A stretch of 61,384 nucleotides of DNA, counting the filler, from Sphacelaria rigidula (taxonomy: Eukaryota), in assembly GCA_964200075.2 (NCBI GenBank). It is 11 parts of 11 records of this genome, joined end to end, with 100 filler letters (N's around TTAATTAATTAA, not from the genome) between each part and the next. Parts side by side here need not be neighbours in the genome. Positions count along the whole stretch, not along the records: positions 39,129 to 44,617 come from CAXNAA020026907.1; positions 44,718 to 50,206 come from CAXNAA020026908.1; positions 50,307 to 55,795 come from CAXNAA020026909.1; 8 more parts are not named here. One strand, 5' to 3'. This document shows positions 39,129 to 51,406 of the stretch, one piece after another (position 1 is the first letter of the stretch; each line of letters begins with the position of its first letter). The notes under the pieces were generated by a model. It was not told where the DNA came from, made no database searches, and saw nothing but the letters and a program-made list of their open reading frames with translations. Made by a program: the position numbers and the translations under genes.

Positions 39129-39199
39129 GGGGGCGTACTCATTTGTTGCTTGCCTTAGTCATTTGACCATTGACCACGTATCCCTTTCGAGACGGAGCA
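39129..39199 (-). mobile_element. Short LINE 3'-end copy with poly(C) tail cut by the contig edge
   Basis: Closely similar to 4254-4325. A G-run also lies on the other flank. Confidence 0.8.
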
Positions 39200-39499
39200 G
39201 GGGGGGGAGCTATGCCTCGAAGCAGTGGTGGAGGTTGTTGGTAACGTGGGAAAAAATAGCAAATAAGTTGCAACGGCAGGGAACAGGAGTTTTGAGGTCC
39301 GCTGACCCTAGTAACAGTGAGATACCTCCGATAAAGATTCTAGTGTCAGCGGTAAATGCTATTCATTTCCACACAAAGGATAAGTTAATGAAGGTATGGG
39401 TCCGGGTGGTCCATGGATTACCATATCGATTTATTTCGACAGCAAGTTTCTTCAGGAGAAACAAGAGCACGTTATCTTTCGGAGGGCGATGGAGATTTC

Positions 39500-42400
39500 G
39501 GCCTTCGCCGTAGGCGCCGTGAGTACGGTTCGTGTCTAACAGTCCCCCAAAACTCGGAGCTTTTGACACCGACCACCTCACCAGCCAAAGAGATTCGGCA
39601 ACTTTGGACCTCTTCCGTGCTGTCAAGCCAAGCGCGCTCGGTGACGACTCGACGGGGTGGTTGTTTGGTCGGAGCGAACTGGCAGCATCATATGAGGTGT
39701 GCAAAAATCTTGGAGTGACGTGGGAGGACGATACTACGCTGCAGTGGCTGCTGCATCTAACAGAGGACGTAAGCTCAGAAGGTTTCGCTAGCAAGCTAGT
39801 CCCGGGCTACGTGCAATCGACGCTAGTATGGGCAGCCGCCTGCGTCACTGTTCGAAAGAAAGACGGACGATAGTTTACGACTATGTCAAGATTATCGTGG
39901 ACTGAACCAACTTCTGGAGTCATACAGTGGCAGTTTGAGGGATATGCAGACCATGTATGGCAGGCTAGCAGAATCCAAGTACTCTACGATTGTTGATTTA
40001 ACGAATGGGTTTTTCCAGTTGGAGGTGGAGGAAGTACTTTGGCAGCCAAAGAGTTCGTAGAAGTGATACGCTGATGCGGACTGGAAGACGTTGGATTGTG
40101 GTGGAGTAAACCAGATTGGAAAGGGGAGTCGGGCTGGTACATACGAGTCAGGGGCGCGGTTCTTTCCACAACCTTGTGGAAGAAGTGCAACCACAAGAGT
40201 TGGTAGGAGATACAAGTCGGGTTGCACCAATCGAATGGGCCGAGCCGGAGTCAGCATCAGCCAGCGTCGTCCAAACGTTGGTCGAGTCATTCCTCTCATC
40301 AACCTCTGTGACAACGCTGATCTCGGAGAGTACTGCTGTGGTGGTGCGCTCTCCTGGTGAAAGCGAGCTCGTTGCTCTGTGTTGAGCGGAGCTGGGGGTC
40401 TCACTGAGCAGGCCTCAGTCTCAGCCGTGCAGGTAGGCGCACCGTATCGGAAGAGATGGACCTATGTGGTCGCCTTGAAAGCTGATCATCGGAGGGAAGG
40501 ACAACTGCGAGCGTGGAAGCAGCGAGTGGAAACATACACCGTCGCCTGCCCCACGTTGGGTTAGCGATTATGGTGGACAGGTATTTACTTCTCTGGTGCC
40601 GACAGGACAGGGCGAGGCGATTCACACTTCCGAGAATCCGATGCCCAGATTATTTCGTTCTCAGCTGACGAAAGGGAAACCAAGGCGCGAGAAATTCAGA
40701 CTCCATGGGGCGGACGAAGGTGGATAGGAAGAAGCAGTCGAGCCAGAAAAAAACGATCTCGTGAAAGTTGCGACTACTCTCGACTGTTGCGAGACACCAC
40801 CCCGGTAAATAACGACGCCATGCCATAGATTGTGGCTAAATTCGTTAACCCGTGGATGATGAAGGCGGTTCTATCAAGTGGAAGCGGAAGGTTTGTTTAG
40901 CCTGACTCATATCCAGGGTGAAGATGAGGATTTGAGCACGCTCGCTACGATGTGGCCTCGTGACGGAGCAGAATTGCCAGAGGCTTGGGGAGCCGCTGTA
41001 ACTCGTTCGCCGGTTCAAGAGGCAGAGCGAAGGTCAGACCAAGATCCTGGTGGGGGGGAGGCTCCACCTGAGGAGCCACGGATACCAGGTAAAGGTAGCT
41101 CTCAGACCGTTCTCGAGCAGGCGACAGCGATTCTGATGAACAAGCCGCGACTAGTTTTGCTGCAAGAGCGGGACTCCCGGCTTGAGCCTATCAGTGATAG
41201 GTTAATGTTGGAGAAAAAGGACGAAGGTACAGGTAAGAGGCAGGAAGCGTACGTTCCAAAATGATGATGATCTTCTACGGTATACCTCACCTAGGGCGCC
41301 AGGTAAGTCGGGCACCAGGTAAGTTGGCTATTCCACGCAGTCTAGTGCCTGGCCTGCTCGCGTTGGTGCACACTACGCATGGGCACGCCAGAGTGATGAG
41401 AACGACTGTAGTGGTCAACGCACGCTATGGGTGACCCAGTCTTTTCGCCGATACTCGCAAATACGTGCTGTCTTGTGGATGTCGCCGAGCAAAACGTATA
41501 AATAGTCACACCATAACGGTGCGACTCGCCCGCTTTCTGCAGTTCTGGGAAATGAGGTAAATGGACATAGCGGACATGAAGCAGATTTCTACTTCTGGTA
41601 ATTGGTACTTGTTGGTTGTTATGGATCGAGCGACCAAGTTCTCTTTGCTCTTCCACCAGCAGCCAAGGTTACTGAGCACGTAGTTAAGGGTCTGCTGAAA
41701 TTGTTCTTGACGCTCGAAACTCCCTATTTCCTTTGAAGTGACGCTGGGGGGGAGCTCACTTCGGAAGTAGTAAACCATGTATGTCATGTGGATGAAGGTG
41801 AAACTGGATCATCGTCCCGCAGATTACCCTCGCGATCAGGGGGCCGCGGACAGATATGGAAAGTGGTTGCATGGCGTTTTAACCCAGCTATGTAAGTAGT
41901 GGCTGGAATGATGGGACGAGTATGTGGATCCTGCTATATGAATTCATCATACTACTTCCGGCCAGTCACTGCTGCATAACCCAACGCGATTATTGCTGCT
42001 TTTGAGCGCGAGCCTCGCATCCAAGTGGACTCTGTGTCACCTGAAGCAGAATCCCTACCGTTGAATAACACGGTAGAGCAACAGCGACAAAGTTGAAGGA
42101 CGTTCATGAGCTGTTAACCCAACGCCACCGGCGTAGGGAAGAGGTATAGGATATGATGCCAGTCAAAGAGTCCAACACCTCCCTTCTGTACGAAAATGTA
42201 CCGACCAAATTGGTACACGACTTTGTGGACTGGACCGGGAACGGTGCAGCAGGTGTTGATACCAGGTCTCAATTTTGAGGTCAAGATGCAGGCGCGTAAA
42301 GTACAAGAGCAAACGGTGTTCGCAGCCAACGTGAAGAAATTTCATGTGTGCCCAGAACAGCTGCAGCACTCATTTCCAGGCGAGGTCTTTTAGCTAGCTT

Positions 42401-43878
42401 GGGGGGGTAGAATTAGGGTTGGCTGAAGACATCACGTCCACACCTCTACTGTGTACTCTAACGAATAGGAAAGCAGTGCTGGGCCCAGGATCGTCGTGAG
42501 TGTGGGAACATCAACGGTTGTTTCACGACGGAGCTGAGCCACACTGGCTTTGCGATTTGGGCAGTTTCACTGAGTTACAGTTGGACGTGTTTCATGCCTT
42601 GTGGGAACTATATCAACCGCAGACGAGGCCACGTCCATCTGATACACCATCTCGAGCAGAAAGGGGCTCAATTGCGCGGTAGATTTGCCGAGGTACCAAG
42701 ATCCGCAAACGCTTTACGGAAAGCCCAGAGCAGTCAACAGGAACAAGAGCTTATCCGGACTGGATGGGATCGTTTCTGTACGGTGTTTAAGTTCCCTTCG
42801 TGGTCTAACCCGGCAGAGCGGCCAACAGGAACACGAGCTTATCCGGACTGGATGGGATCGTTCCTGTACGGTGTTTAAGTTCCCTACATGGTCTAACCCG
42901 GCAGAGCGGTCAACAGGAACAAGAGCTTATCCGGACTGGATGGGATCGTTCCTGTACGGTGTTTAAGTTCCCTTCGTGGTCTAACCCGGCAGAGCGGTCA
43001 ACAGGAATAAGAGCTTATCCGGACTGGATGGGATCATTTCTGTACAGTGTTTGAGTTCCTTGCGTGGTCTAACCCGGCAGAGCGGTCAACAAGATCAAGG
43101 ACTTCTCCGGACTTGATGGGATCGTTTCTGTACGGTGTTTAGGTTCCCTACGTGGTCTAACTTGGCAGAACAATTATCAAGATCAAGGACTTCTCAGGAC
43201 TTGATGAGATCGTTTTTGTACGGTATTTAAGTTCCCTACGTGGTCTAACCCGGCAGAGCGGTCATCAAGATCAAGGACTTCTCCGGACTGGATGGGATCG
43301 TTTTTGTACGGTATTTAAGTTCCCTACGTGGTCTTACCCGGCAGAAAGATCTACAAGAGCGGGAGTTACCGAGACTGTTCGAGGTTGTTCTGTACGGTGT
43401 TTAAGTTCCCTACGTGGTCTAACTTGGCAGAACAATTACCAAGATCGGCGGCTGCACGAAAACAACGTCGAATACTCGAGGACGAGGAATGTGGTAACGC
43501 GGCGATCCATCGTCGAACCACGTTCAGCCCCAGGGTTTGTCAACCCTAGGTCTGAGGGGGGTGTTATGGATCGTGATATACATGGAGGAAGGGCAATACA
43601 ATGATGGGCCCATCTAATCTGATGGAAAAGTCCCGGAGGGCTGACTGCGGGAACTAGCAATGTGCCGCAGTCAGGGGGGAGGATGTTTGAGCCCGTACGA
43701 AGACGGCTACATAAACATGCCTCTCTACATCCGACTTGAACTCGGTTCATTCGGAATCGGTGACGGCTGGCCCCCTGGTTTTAAACTTCTCTGGAACGGA
43801 GACGTGAAAGGAGCTAAAACCACCACCACAAAAGAGAACCTGAATCGACCCTGAAGCTGTGATCAAGATACCCTGACA
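39500..43878 (+). mobile_element. Heavily decayed Ty3/gypsy element (second family): RT and integrase remnants, 3' tandem array, PPT and probable 3' LTR (43562 to ~43878)
   Basis: WAAACVTVRKKDG, RLCQDYRGLN and DLTNGFFQL at 39825-40025. HTTHGHARV and YLLVVMDRATKF at 41365-41640. gagggggg directly precedes TGTTATG. The LTR end is tentative. Confidence 0.8.
42730..43446 (+). repeat. 88-bp tandem array, 8 units
   Basis: Equivalent positions at 42745, 42833, 42921, 43009, 43097, 43185, 43273 and ~43360. Confidence 0.95.
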
Positions 43879-44189
43879 TTCTGGATTAGCTGTTCTGCGT
43901 TAAACTGATCATGCCTTGAGCTGGAAAACCGTTTTGCCCTGCGATGATGGTGAGGGAGTACGTACAAATCAATGCATACTGTACGTACTGTACATTGATA
44001 AATATGCCGCATGTTTGGTTGAAGTAGGAAATTCCACTCTATGCCCCGTCTTATGAAGATCCGTCATCACAGTGCTTGAGCAGCGATCATAATACCCATA
44101 GACAGTAGTTAAAACAAACTAGTGCACGGACAAGCCAGAGAGGCTACTATACCGCCTATTTGAAACACATTTACCCCGGAGGCAGGCGC

Positions 44190-44540
44190 TTGGGGGCCTC
44201 AAGTATGCATGCAAGGTCTCCAAAGAGTACACCAAATGGACGGAGATTCAACTCCTGAAACCAACGATGGCGCACTTCACGAATTCCAGTCGATCGTACA
44301 GTCGACTGGCATCCCTGGCAGCGTTTGGGTCGAGCGACAGAGGGTTGACAAAGGGGGATTCAAAGGCAACGGGATCGAGGGCTATTGCCCCTAGACAGGA
44401 GTATTGCTGCTAGAGTACGCCAGTAGTATCACGCCGCAGCAAATCGGTCTGTTCGAGCGTGTTGGGAGGAAGCCCGCGGCCTTGGTACTGAGCGTGCTCG
44501 CCGACAGCGGATTGCCAATGTTTCTCTCGGGGGGAGTAAT
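44190..44540 (+). mobile_element. Ty1/copia integrase core fragment
   Basis: EYTKWTEI, RVDKGG, EYASSITPQQIGLFERVGR and VLADSGLP across frameshifts. Confidence 0.75.
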
Positions 44541-45930
44541 GATCACGGTAAACAGTGTTTTCGTGAGATTGAGAGTAGATGATACGATTGAGAGTGGCTT
44601 TGATCATTCGCTTTAAGNNNNNNNNNNNNNNNNNNNNNNNNNNNNNNNNNNNNNNNNNNNNTTAATTAATTAANNNNNNNNNNNNNNNNNNNNNNNNNNN
44701 NNNNNNNNNNNNNNNNNCATGCTCGTTGTGTTTTCGAAAAACATCAACGAGTGCACTCGTCTCGACGAGTGATGGCTCGTCCGACGTATGCATCCTTTCT
44801 CTGATTCCGGGAACATCCTTTCCAGACATTATTACCCTTCATTGCAGATTTCTGACCTCGTCTGGCAGTCTAAGCACTTGAATCCAGAGTCTCCCCACCA
44901 CCAACGTTGGGCTCAGACAGGTCCGACGACTATTACGATGTTGTAGGGTGCGTAACCATTGAATTAGTTATCGCCATTTTTCGCATTTGTCGTCATTATT
45001 TCCCGAGTTGGTCACAATAGTAGACTTCGCCCAGGAGAACCTATGCACCCCCCTTGCCCGAGGGTCTGGTACGCCTTGGGTCCGGGTTAGGGTTAGGGTT
45101 AGCGTTATTGTTCGTTTATTCGAAAAATCAACCATAAATATACGACCAAAACTCTAGGTCGCCTCCCTTGCCCGTGATGATCTCCCGAAGTACTTGTAGA
45201 CTTCAACTCTTGGTCGTCATAGTTTCCGATTTAGTCGTTGGAGCCGACTCTTAGTCGTTGTCATTTTGCGAATTTAGTCGCAGGAGTCGTCCCTCATTCC
45301 CCCAGTTTTGCCGCAGAACCCGAGTTCACGTTTTTGTTTTTCGTTACTAGTGTTCGCGAAACAAGTTTCGAGTGAGTGTTACTCGAACCAAAGTTGCGAG
45401 TGACGCAATATATAGCGCGTGCGAAATACCCCAATTGATATCCTTATTTCATTGAGCTCTACACCTTCGAATTTCCCTTGACTCGGTGAAGATAGGTTAC
45501 CTCGAGGGAATGGCGGGTACTCCCATATCCGTTGGAGAACTCGCGCCCAGTACACTCAGTACAGTGTATGTGCTGAATGTCGTGCAGCGCAGTGCAGTAC
45601 TGTAGTAGCACGTTACAGCGCAATATTGCAGCAGCTCACCAAAACAGCACAGCGCAGTTGAGCAGCAGTACAGCAGCAGTACAGCTGAACATGCAGCGTC
45701 TTTGCCAATAGCGGCAGGACAGAACAGCACAGCGCAGTGCAATGCGAGACCCAAATAGCGCTCGAAAGATTGTGCCTGCGAGGTCGACGGTTGTCCACGC
45801 TCCAGGCACCCATTGATTCTCTGCTCAAGGTGTGGTACCCCGCACTATCGAAGGAATGGATGACGGGGCAACCAACTATTGTGCGGTTCCTCACGATGTC
45901 CCCTACTACACGTGTGATGCCTTGAGACTA

Positions 45931-46242
45931 GTTTACCGGCGTTGGGCTACAAAATGTCCATGGTTGACACAATTTTACAAGTGTCGCTACACCTAACCCT
46001 AAACCCAACCCAACGCATACCGAGAACCCTCGGGCAAGGACTATGCATAGATTACCAGGCAAAGTGCGGCCGTGGTAGACCCCAAATCGGCGCCGGTTGC
46101 ACCGATTTCAACGAAAACGCGTTCTGCGTACGCGAGGAGCACATGGGGCTGACAGCCCTACTCAAATACCGATTCTCGTTGTACACACTCAAATCAAGTA
46201 AATGTGTCAACCACGGACATCTGTAGGCCAACGCCGGTAAAC
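45931..46242. mobile_element. Complete MITE with ~40-bp TIRs (TTAGGG-block family)
   Basis: gtttaccggcgttgggctacaaaatgtccatggttgacaca is inverted with tgtgtcaaccacggacatctgtaggccaacgccggtaaac. Internal cctaaccctaaaccc. The same terminus occurs at ~26292. Confidence 0.85.
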
Positions 46243-46468
46243 CTTTACTGGCTGCCTCGCCCAGACGAAGGTGTTACGGGGGCAAGTACGGTGCGGTTCC
46301 TCATGATGTCCCCTACTCGAGATGTGCCGCCTCGCACCGTCGAAGGAATGGTAGAAGAACTATTGTAGGGCTCCTCATGATGCTGATGGTGTGCTGTCTC
46401 TCCTCCTCACGAGACTCTACGAGAACGAACACCACGAAAACGATTTCATCTCGAAGATTGCAGACAGT

Positions 46469-46884
46469 TAGACCTCGGGAATGGAACCAGTTTTTACTGG
46501 CCATTATCATTATAGTGGTAAGAAGGGTAATGATTATACGCAAAATTCGGATAATGGTTTCAAACCATGATTTACCGTTACCGGCTTTATAAACCGTTAC
46601 CCGCTACGTATTCTACATGCAGCCCTTGAAAATGGCCCCAAATTTAGTGTATTTCTCAGCTCTAGTGAAGCCAAATCGCCAATAAACATGCCTCCGGCAC
46701 GGCACCTCCAGCGGGGTCCTCCGAGGGCGCCTCCGGCGGGCCCCCCTCTGTCGCGGGGGGCTTTTTGGCTCGCGGCTGCCCCGCTCGATGACCAAACTAA
46801 CATGTACCATTTTACTGATTAATGAGTGCGCTACGTGTAACGGTTGAACTGGTTAATGGTTAGACCAACCATTTCCGAGCTCTA
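46469..46884. mobile_element. hAT-like MITE, second copy
   Basis: TIR tagacctcgggaatgg / ccatttccgagctcta. 8-bp flanks cagacagt and cagactgg. Body matches 28185-28584. Confidence 0.8.
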
Positions 46885-49800
46885 CAGACTGGAGCACCAC
46901 TGGACGCTCATGCGTAAAATACCCCGCGCGTAACAACGCGTCAGCGAGACGATCTTACATCTGCATACCACAGCTCACCAGCTGTACTCACCAGCTGTAC
47001 GTTATGCTTTTCCTCTTGTTGCTGTGAAAGCTGCTGCATGTGGAGAGTGTACGACCCGCTACAACGTATATGGTCGTCACAGCTTGCACGAAACCATGCT
47101 GTATACCCCCTTGCTGTACACACAAAATACCCGAGACCATGCCCGGTATGCCCGCTGCCCGCTTCGTGTATACATGAGCTTCAAGATGATATCGCTCGCT
47201 CGCATTCTCTTGTTGGAGATATTAACGTACATCTATAGCGGCCTCTATATGGTCTGCGCCAGCCCTCATTCCAGCCGACGAAAGCTTGTGCGACCTGCGC
47301 GGTTTTTTTTTCAGGCGTATTCTTCGCGAGTGACTGCCAAAATAGTTGGACAGGAAGCGAGAACATGGTTCGGGTGTATCCACCGGGTGGGCACGGTCGA
47401 AGGCGGCCTACAGCTCGAGATACCAGTTTTTCAAGTTTTTGATTGATTGGTTGTCGCACTTTAACTAACCCCCCAGGGGTCCATCCGTGGTCTCATGATG
47501 GACGTACCCAACAAGAACGAAACTGAAAAACGCTCGAAGGAAAAAAAAAAAAAGATGAGACCTTCATCTGTCGTCTTTCATCATTTAGTTGATCACCGCC
47601 TAGCCTCTCTCCCGATCCAGGCCGGAGGCAGGGGCGAGGACACACGCGTGCAATCTGTCTAGTTGCAGTGCTCGCGGCACCGTCAACCTGCGATCCAAAT
47701 AATATTTTTCAAGAGAGTGTGTGAGTGAAAGCGCTTTGATCGTGTCCATAGTCGCGGACGACAGTATGAGCACAGCTCGAGATGACGAATTTTGAAAGTC
47801 GAGGCAGGGACCTGCTTGGTGAACAAAACAAGCCGTGCTTTTTTTGTTTTCTTGGCGTCAGTTGTTCAGATACGTTCATGCGCTCTCAAATTTAATAAGA
47901 TGCCTGACCCGGGGCATTATAGGTTTGGCCGAGAGTGGGATCAGATTCCAAATGTGAATAAGCAAAGGCACACGCCACGTCGCCGTCGACGTGTCAAGCA
48001 CGTACTGACCACCGATGCGAGTACTGCGATGTGCATTGGGTTTGGTCTCATTTTACCCTGTCACTACCACCCCCCCCCCCGTCAGATTGCCTGATGTTGC
48101 CTGGGCAGGAATCGGGGTCAAGTTGTTGTGGCACAACACGCCTCTAGATACAAACAGATGGATCCTGTGCATTTATGAAGATGTTCCGCCTGAGAACCCC
48201 CAATAGTGTAGTCTGTCAAGAAGTTAACTCTTGGTGTTTCTCGGTGTCGACAAGATCAGTAACATGGAGACCTGATGCAACTATACGGTGCGGAGATTCA
48301 TTGGTGATGAAGGGATGGAGGCGCGTCTCCATTATACAAGTAATTAGTTGTTCCCTTTCTTTTCTTTACTGTCCGCCCGATTCCCCGGGCATCGACGAGC
48401 CACAGGGTTGCACACTACAGCGGAGAAAGGCAGAGCTGCTACCGCTGTACTGTTGTGTACTGTCTGTAGCGATTTTGCCACAGTTATCATCCGTGCATCG
48501 GCAAGTCACACCGCCCCGTGGGCAGCAATTCCCACTCGCGGTGGCACATTGGCACGTGAGTGGCGCGGGGGTATCGGCAGGCCGGGTCCGGAAACACCTT
48601 CAAGGGGCTATGCGGTGCCCCAATTCCGCGTTTCCGGCCCTTTCGGTATCTCCCTTCAATCTGGTCCTGAAATACAAGGTACACGCACTGGTACTCGGTA
48701 TGCCATTCGTACATGATATTCTTGACTAGAATGGCATTGAAAACGTCTGAATACATATGTCGGTGAGGTACCGTACGGGCTGTGATGTATTCTGAACCGA
48801 CTGTACAGCAGTCTGCTGGACTGACTGCAGGGTACAGTTTCAACAAGAAGTAGGATACGATGTCTGACTCACGGGCGCAAGACCAACGGCTGTAGAACAG
48901 TTGCGTGCTATCCACAGTAGTACTTGATGTTTGAATGGGCCATATTGTGCTACACTCGTATCGCCTGCTAGCTCATGCGCTTTGTTTGCTCTGCACACCC
49001 AATCACAGAAGAACTCGTAGCAAAATCCACTTTCGACTCTATGGCCCATTCTTTTCGCCGACGCGTGACCGTTGATTTTTCGTTTTAGTACTGAAACGGC
49101 ACACTGCAGGCCAGTTCTTCACCTCGTACAAACCTTTATGCGCCCTGATCGAAATCGCTCATTTTTGACGATATTTTTTATCGGCAGGTGCTCTCGACAT
49201 TTGAAGAGCCGGGTGGTGATTTTATTTTAGTACAGAGTCAACCAGCTGTTGGGCAGGCCGGGTCCGATTTGTGTTTCCGCGAAACCGTTTCGACCCGGGG
49301 ACAAGAAGTATCAGCAGGGAAACGTCCATATCATGGGATTTTCAGAAGAAAAAAAAAAATCAACATCCAAGAAAACGCCCCGGCCACTGCCATCGTTGCA
49401 GGTGTAGTAACATATTGGTGCAAGTCGAGGCGCACTCCGTTCAGTCCGTAGCGATAATTATAGCATCAAAGTTTCGTTTTTTGACGTGCAAGTAAGCATT
49501 TTCGAAGCTCGTCGAAGCAGGCATTTCTCACTGGGTCGGCGGGTATAGGAGAAAATAACAGTGTTGTGCGAAACGAATGTGTTTGACGCAGTTTTCGACT
49601 ATCAGTTACGCTGATCAAATTCGCGAATCACACAAACACTCATGTGTGCGAGCGACCCCACTTATATTTTGCTGAACACTTCCAAGTTGTGGGTACTCAT
49701 AGGTGAACGGCGGATGTTCCCTCTCGCCGTTTCACAAGCCGTACAGTACAGCAGTTTGCCATGGGAATCGGGCTGGCTTTGGCAGGCAAAAAGTGCCCGA

Positions 49801-51406
49801 GCTGTTCGCAAAACCATTCCGACCAGAGAAAAATTGTCTTTCCCCCCCCGCCCCACCCCCCTGTTACCCGGGGCTGCTCGACCTGGATGCACGTGATTTT
49901 ATACTAGACTCCTTTGATCGAGACCTCGTGCGTGCAGGTGACGCCCTCGCTGTTCAGACGCGACAGTATATTAACCTGCACACCACTGACACAGGGGAGG
50001 CCATTATCTCTGTTTTGAACTGCTTTCAAAGCGTACCCTCAAAAACTGCAGGGTCATATTTCGGTATTCTCCGCTGAGCGTTGGAGATTCCCAGAATAGG
50101 AGCATGCAGCCGTCTGCATTCGCGTTCGAAGCATGAGTCATCCTACGATAGGGGGGGGGTATTTTGGGCCATTTGTCGCTCGAAATTTCGAGTCAGATCG
50201 TCGTTGNNNNNNNNNNNNNNNNNNNNNNNNNNNNNNNNNNNNNNNNNNNNTTAATTAATTAANNNNNNNNNNNNNNNNNNNNNNNNNNNNNNNNNNNNNN
50301 NNNNNNAATCCTCCGGGTTCTCATCCTCAATCAATAGCACCATCCTCAATATAGATGATTGGCTGTTTTATCAGGGTTTACCCATTCATTAGATCTGCAA
50401 CGAGTTTTCCCCTGTACTGTAATTTAGCAGGTTTTTCTCGTTTTACTTTCAGGCGCATGATGCACAGGCTTTTTTTTGTTCTGGCCCTTCCAGCCCTCCA
50501 ATAAATTCGTGTGTAGCCATATAAATATGGCTAGGGGGACGTTACAGATTTATTGGTCATGTTCCAGTCGACTGGGTTCCATTTGTCATACTTTGTCACG
50601 CTTGGTACCTGATGGGTCATACTATATTGTTTGATTTGATTGACTTGGCCGCCCCCTTGGGACACAGCGTTTTGGATTATGCATCTCAACTAGCAAAGCA
50701 CAAGTTAGCCTGTACGCCAATAATACAAGAGCATCTACGCCATCACGGACTGCGATCTCAGAGGATTCTCTGATCTTCACAAAATGTAAGCTTGACCTCC
50801 ATGCAACACATGTTGTGCTGCAGCCTGCGCGGCTCATGGCATGACACCTGACCACTGGTGCGGTGGCTGACTTTACGCTCTGTAACGTCGAACTCAATGG
50901 CTTCGATACTAAAGATTGTGTTTGGGCCTGCTAGCCCCGGTGCCCACTGAACTGGCATCTTCCTACCCAGGTGGTAAGTATCGTACCATGACACTACCAT
51001 CAGTTCTCCGTTTTAAGAGGAAACTGCGAGTTCTGCTTTTCTTGGCCAAATAAAGCGCCCTATCAACCATTTGTCTCACTGATTTATTCTGAAGCTGCGG
51101 AAGCAAGTGGTCTAATCAACCACGGTGCAACCTCTGCATACTACTGTTCGCTGAACAGTAGTTGGCCTGTCGTAAGGACAGTGCTACGACCACGAATTAT
51201 TCCAACAGGTTTTGAGCCATCGATTCGCGAGCGCGTAGGTCTTTAGGTCATCAGCCTTCGCTTCGAGACTACGTCGGTCAGCACCAGCGAGGGGACTTCC
51301 CATCAAGGTCGTCACGGCAGCTAAAAAGTGAGAAGAGTCCTATCTTCATATTTCTTATTTGATCAAGGTTTTAGGTGTGATAAATTCTCACACATACTGT
51401 AACAAG

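Noticed and set aside
47024..50077. Several ORFs of 100-184 aa and a possible 30-bp micro-exon near 49908-49937
   Set aside because: No recognisable motifs and no consistent exon chain.
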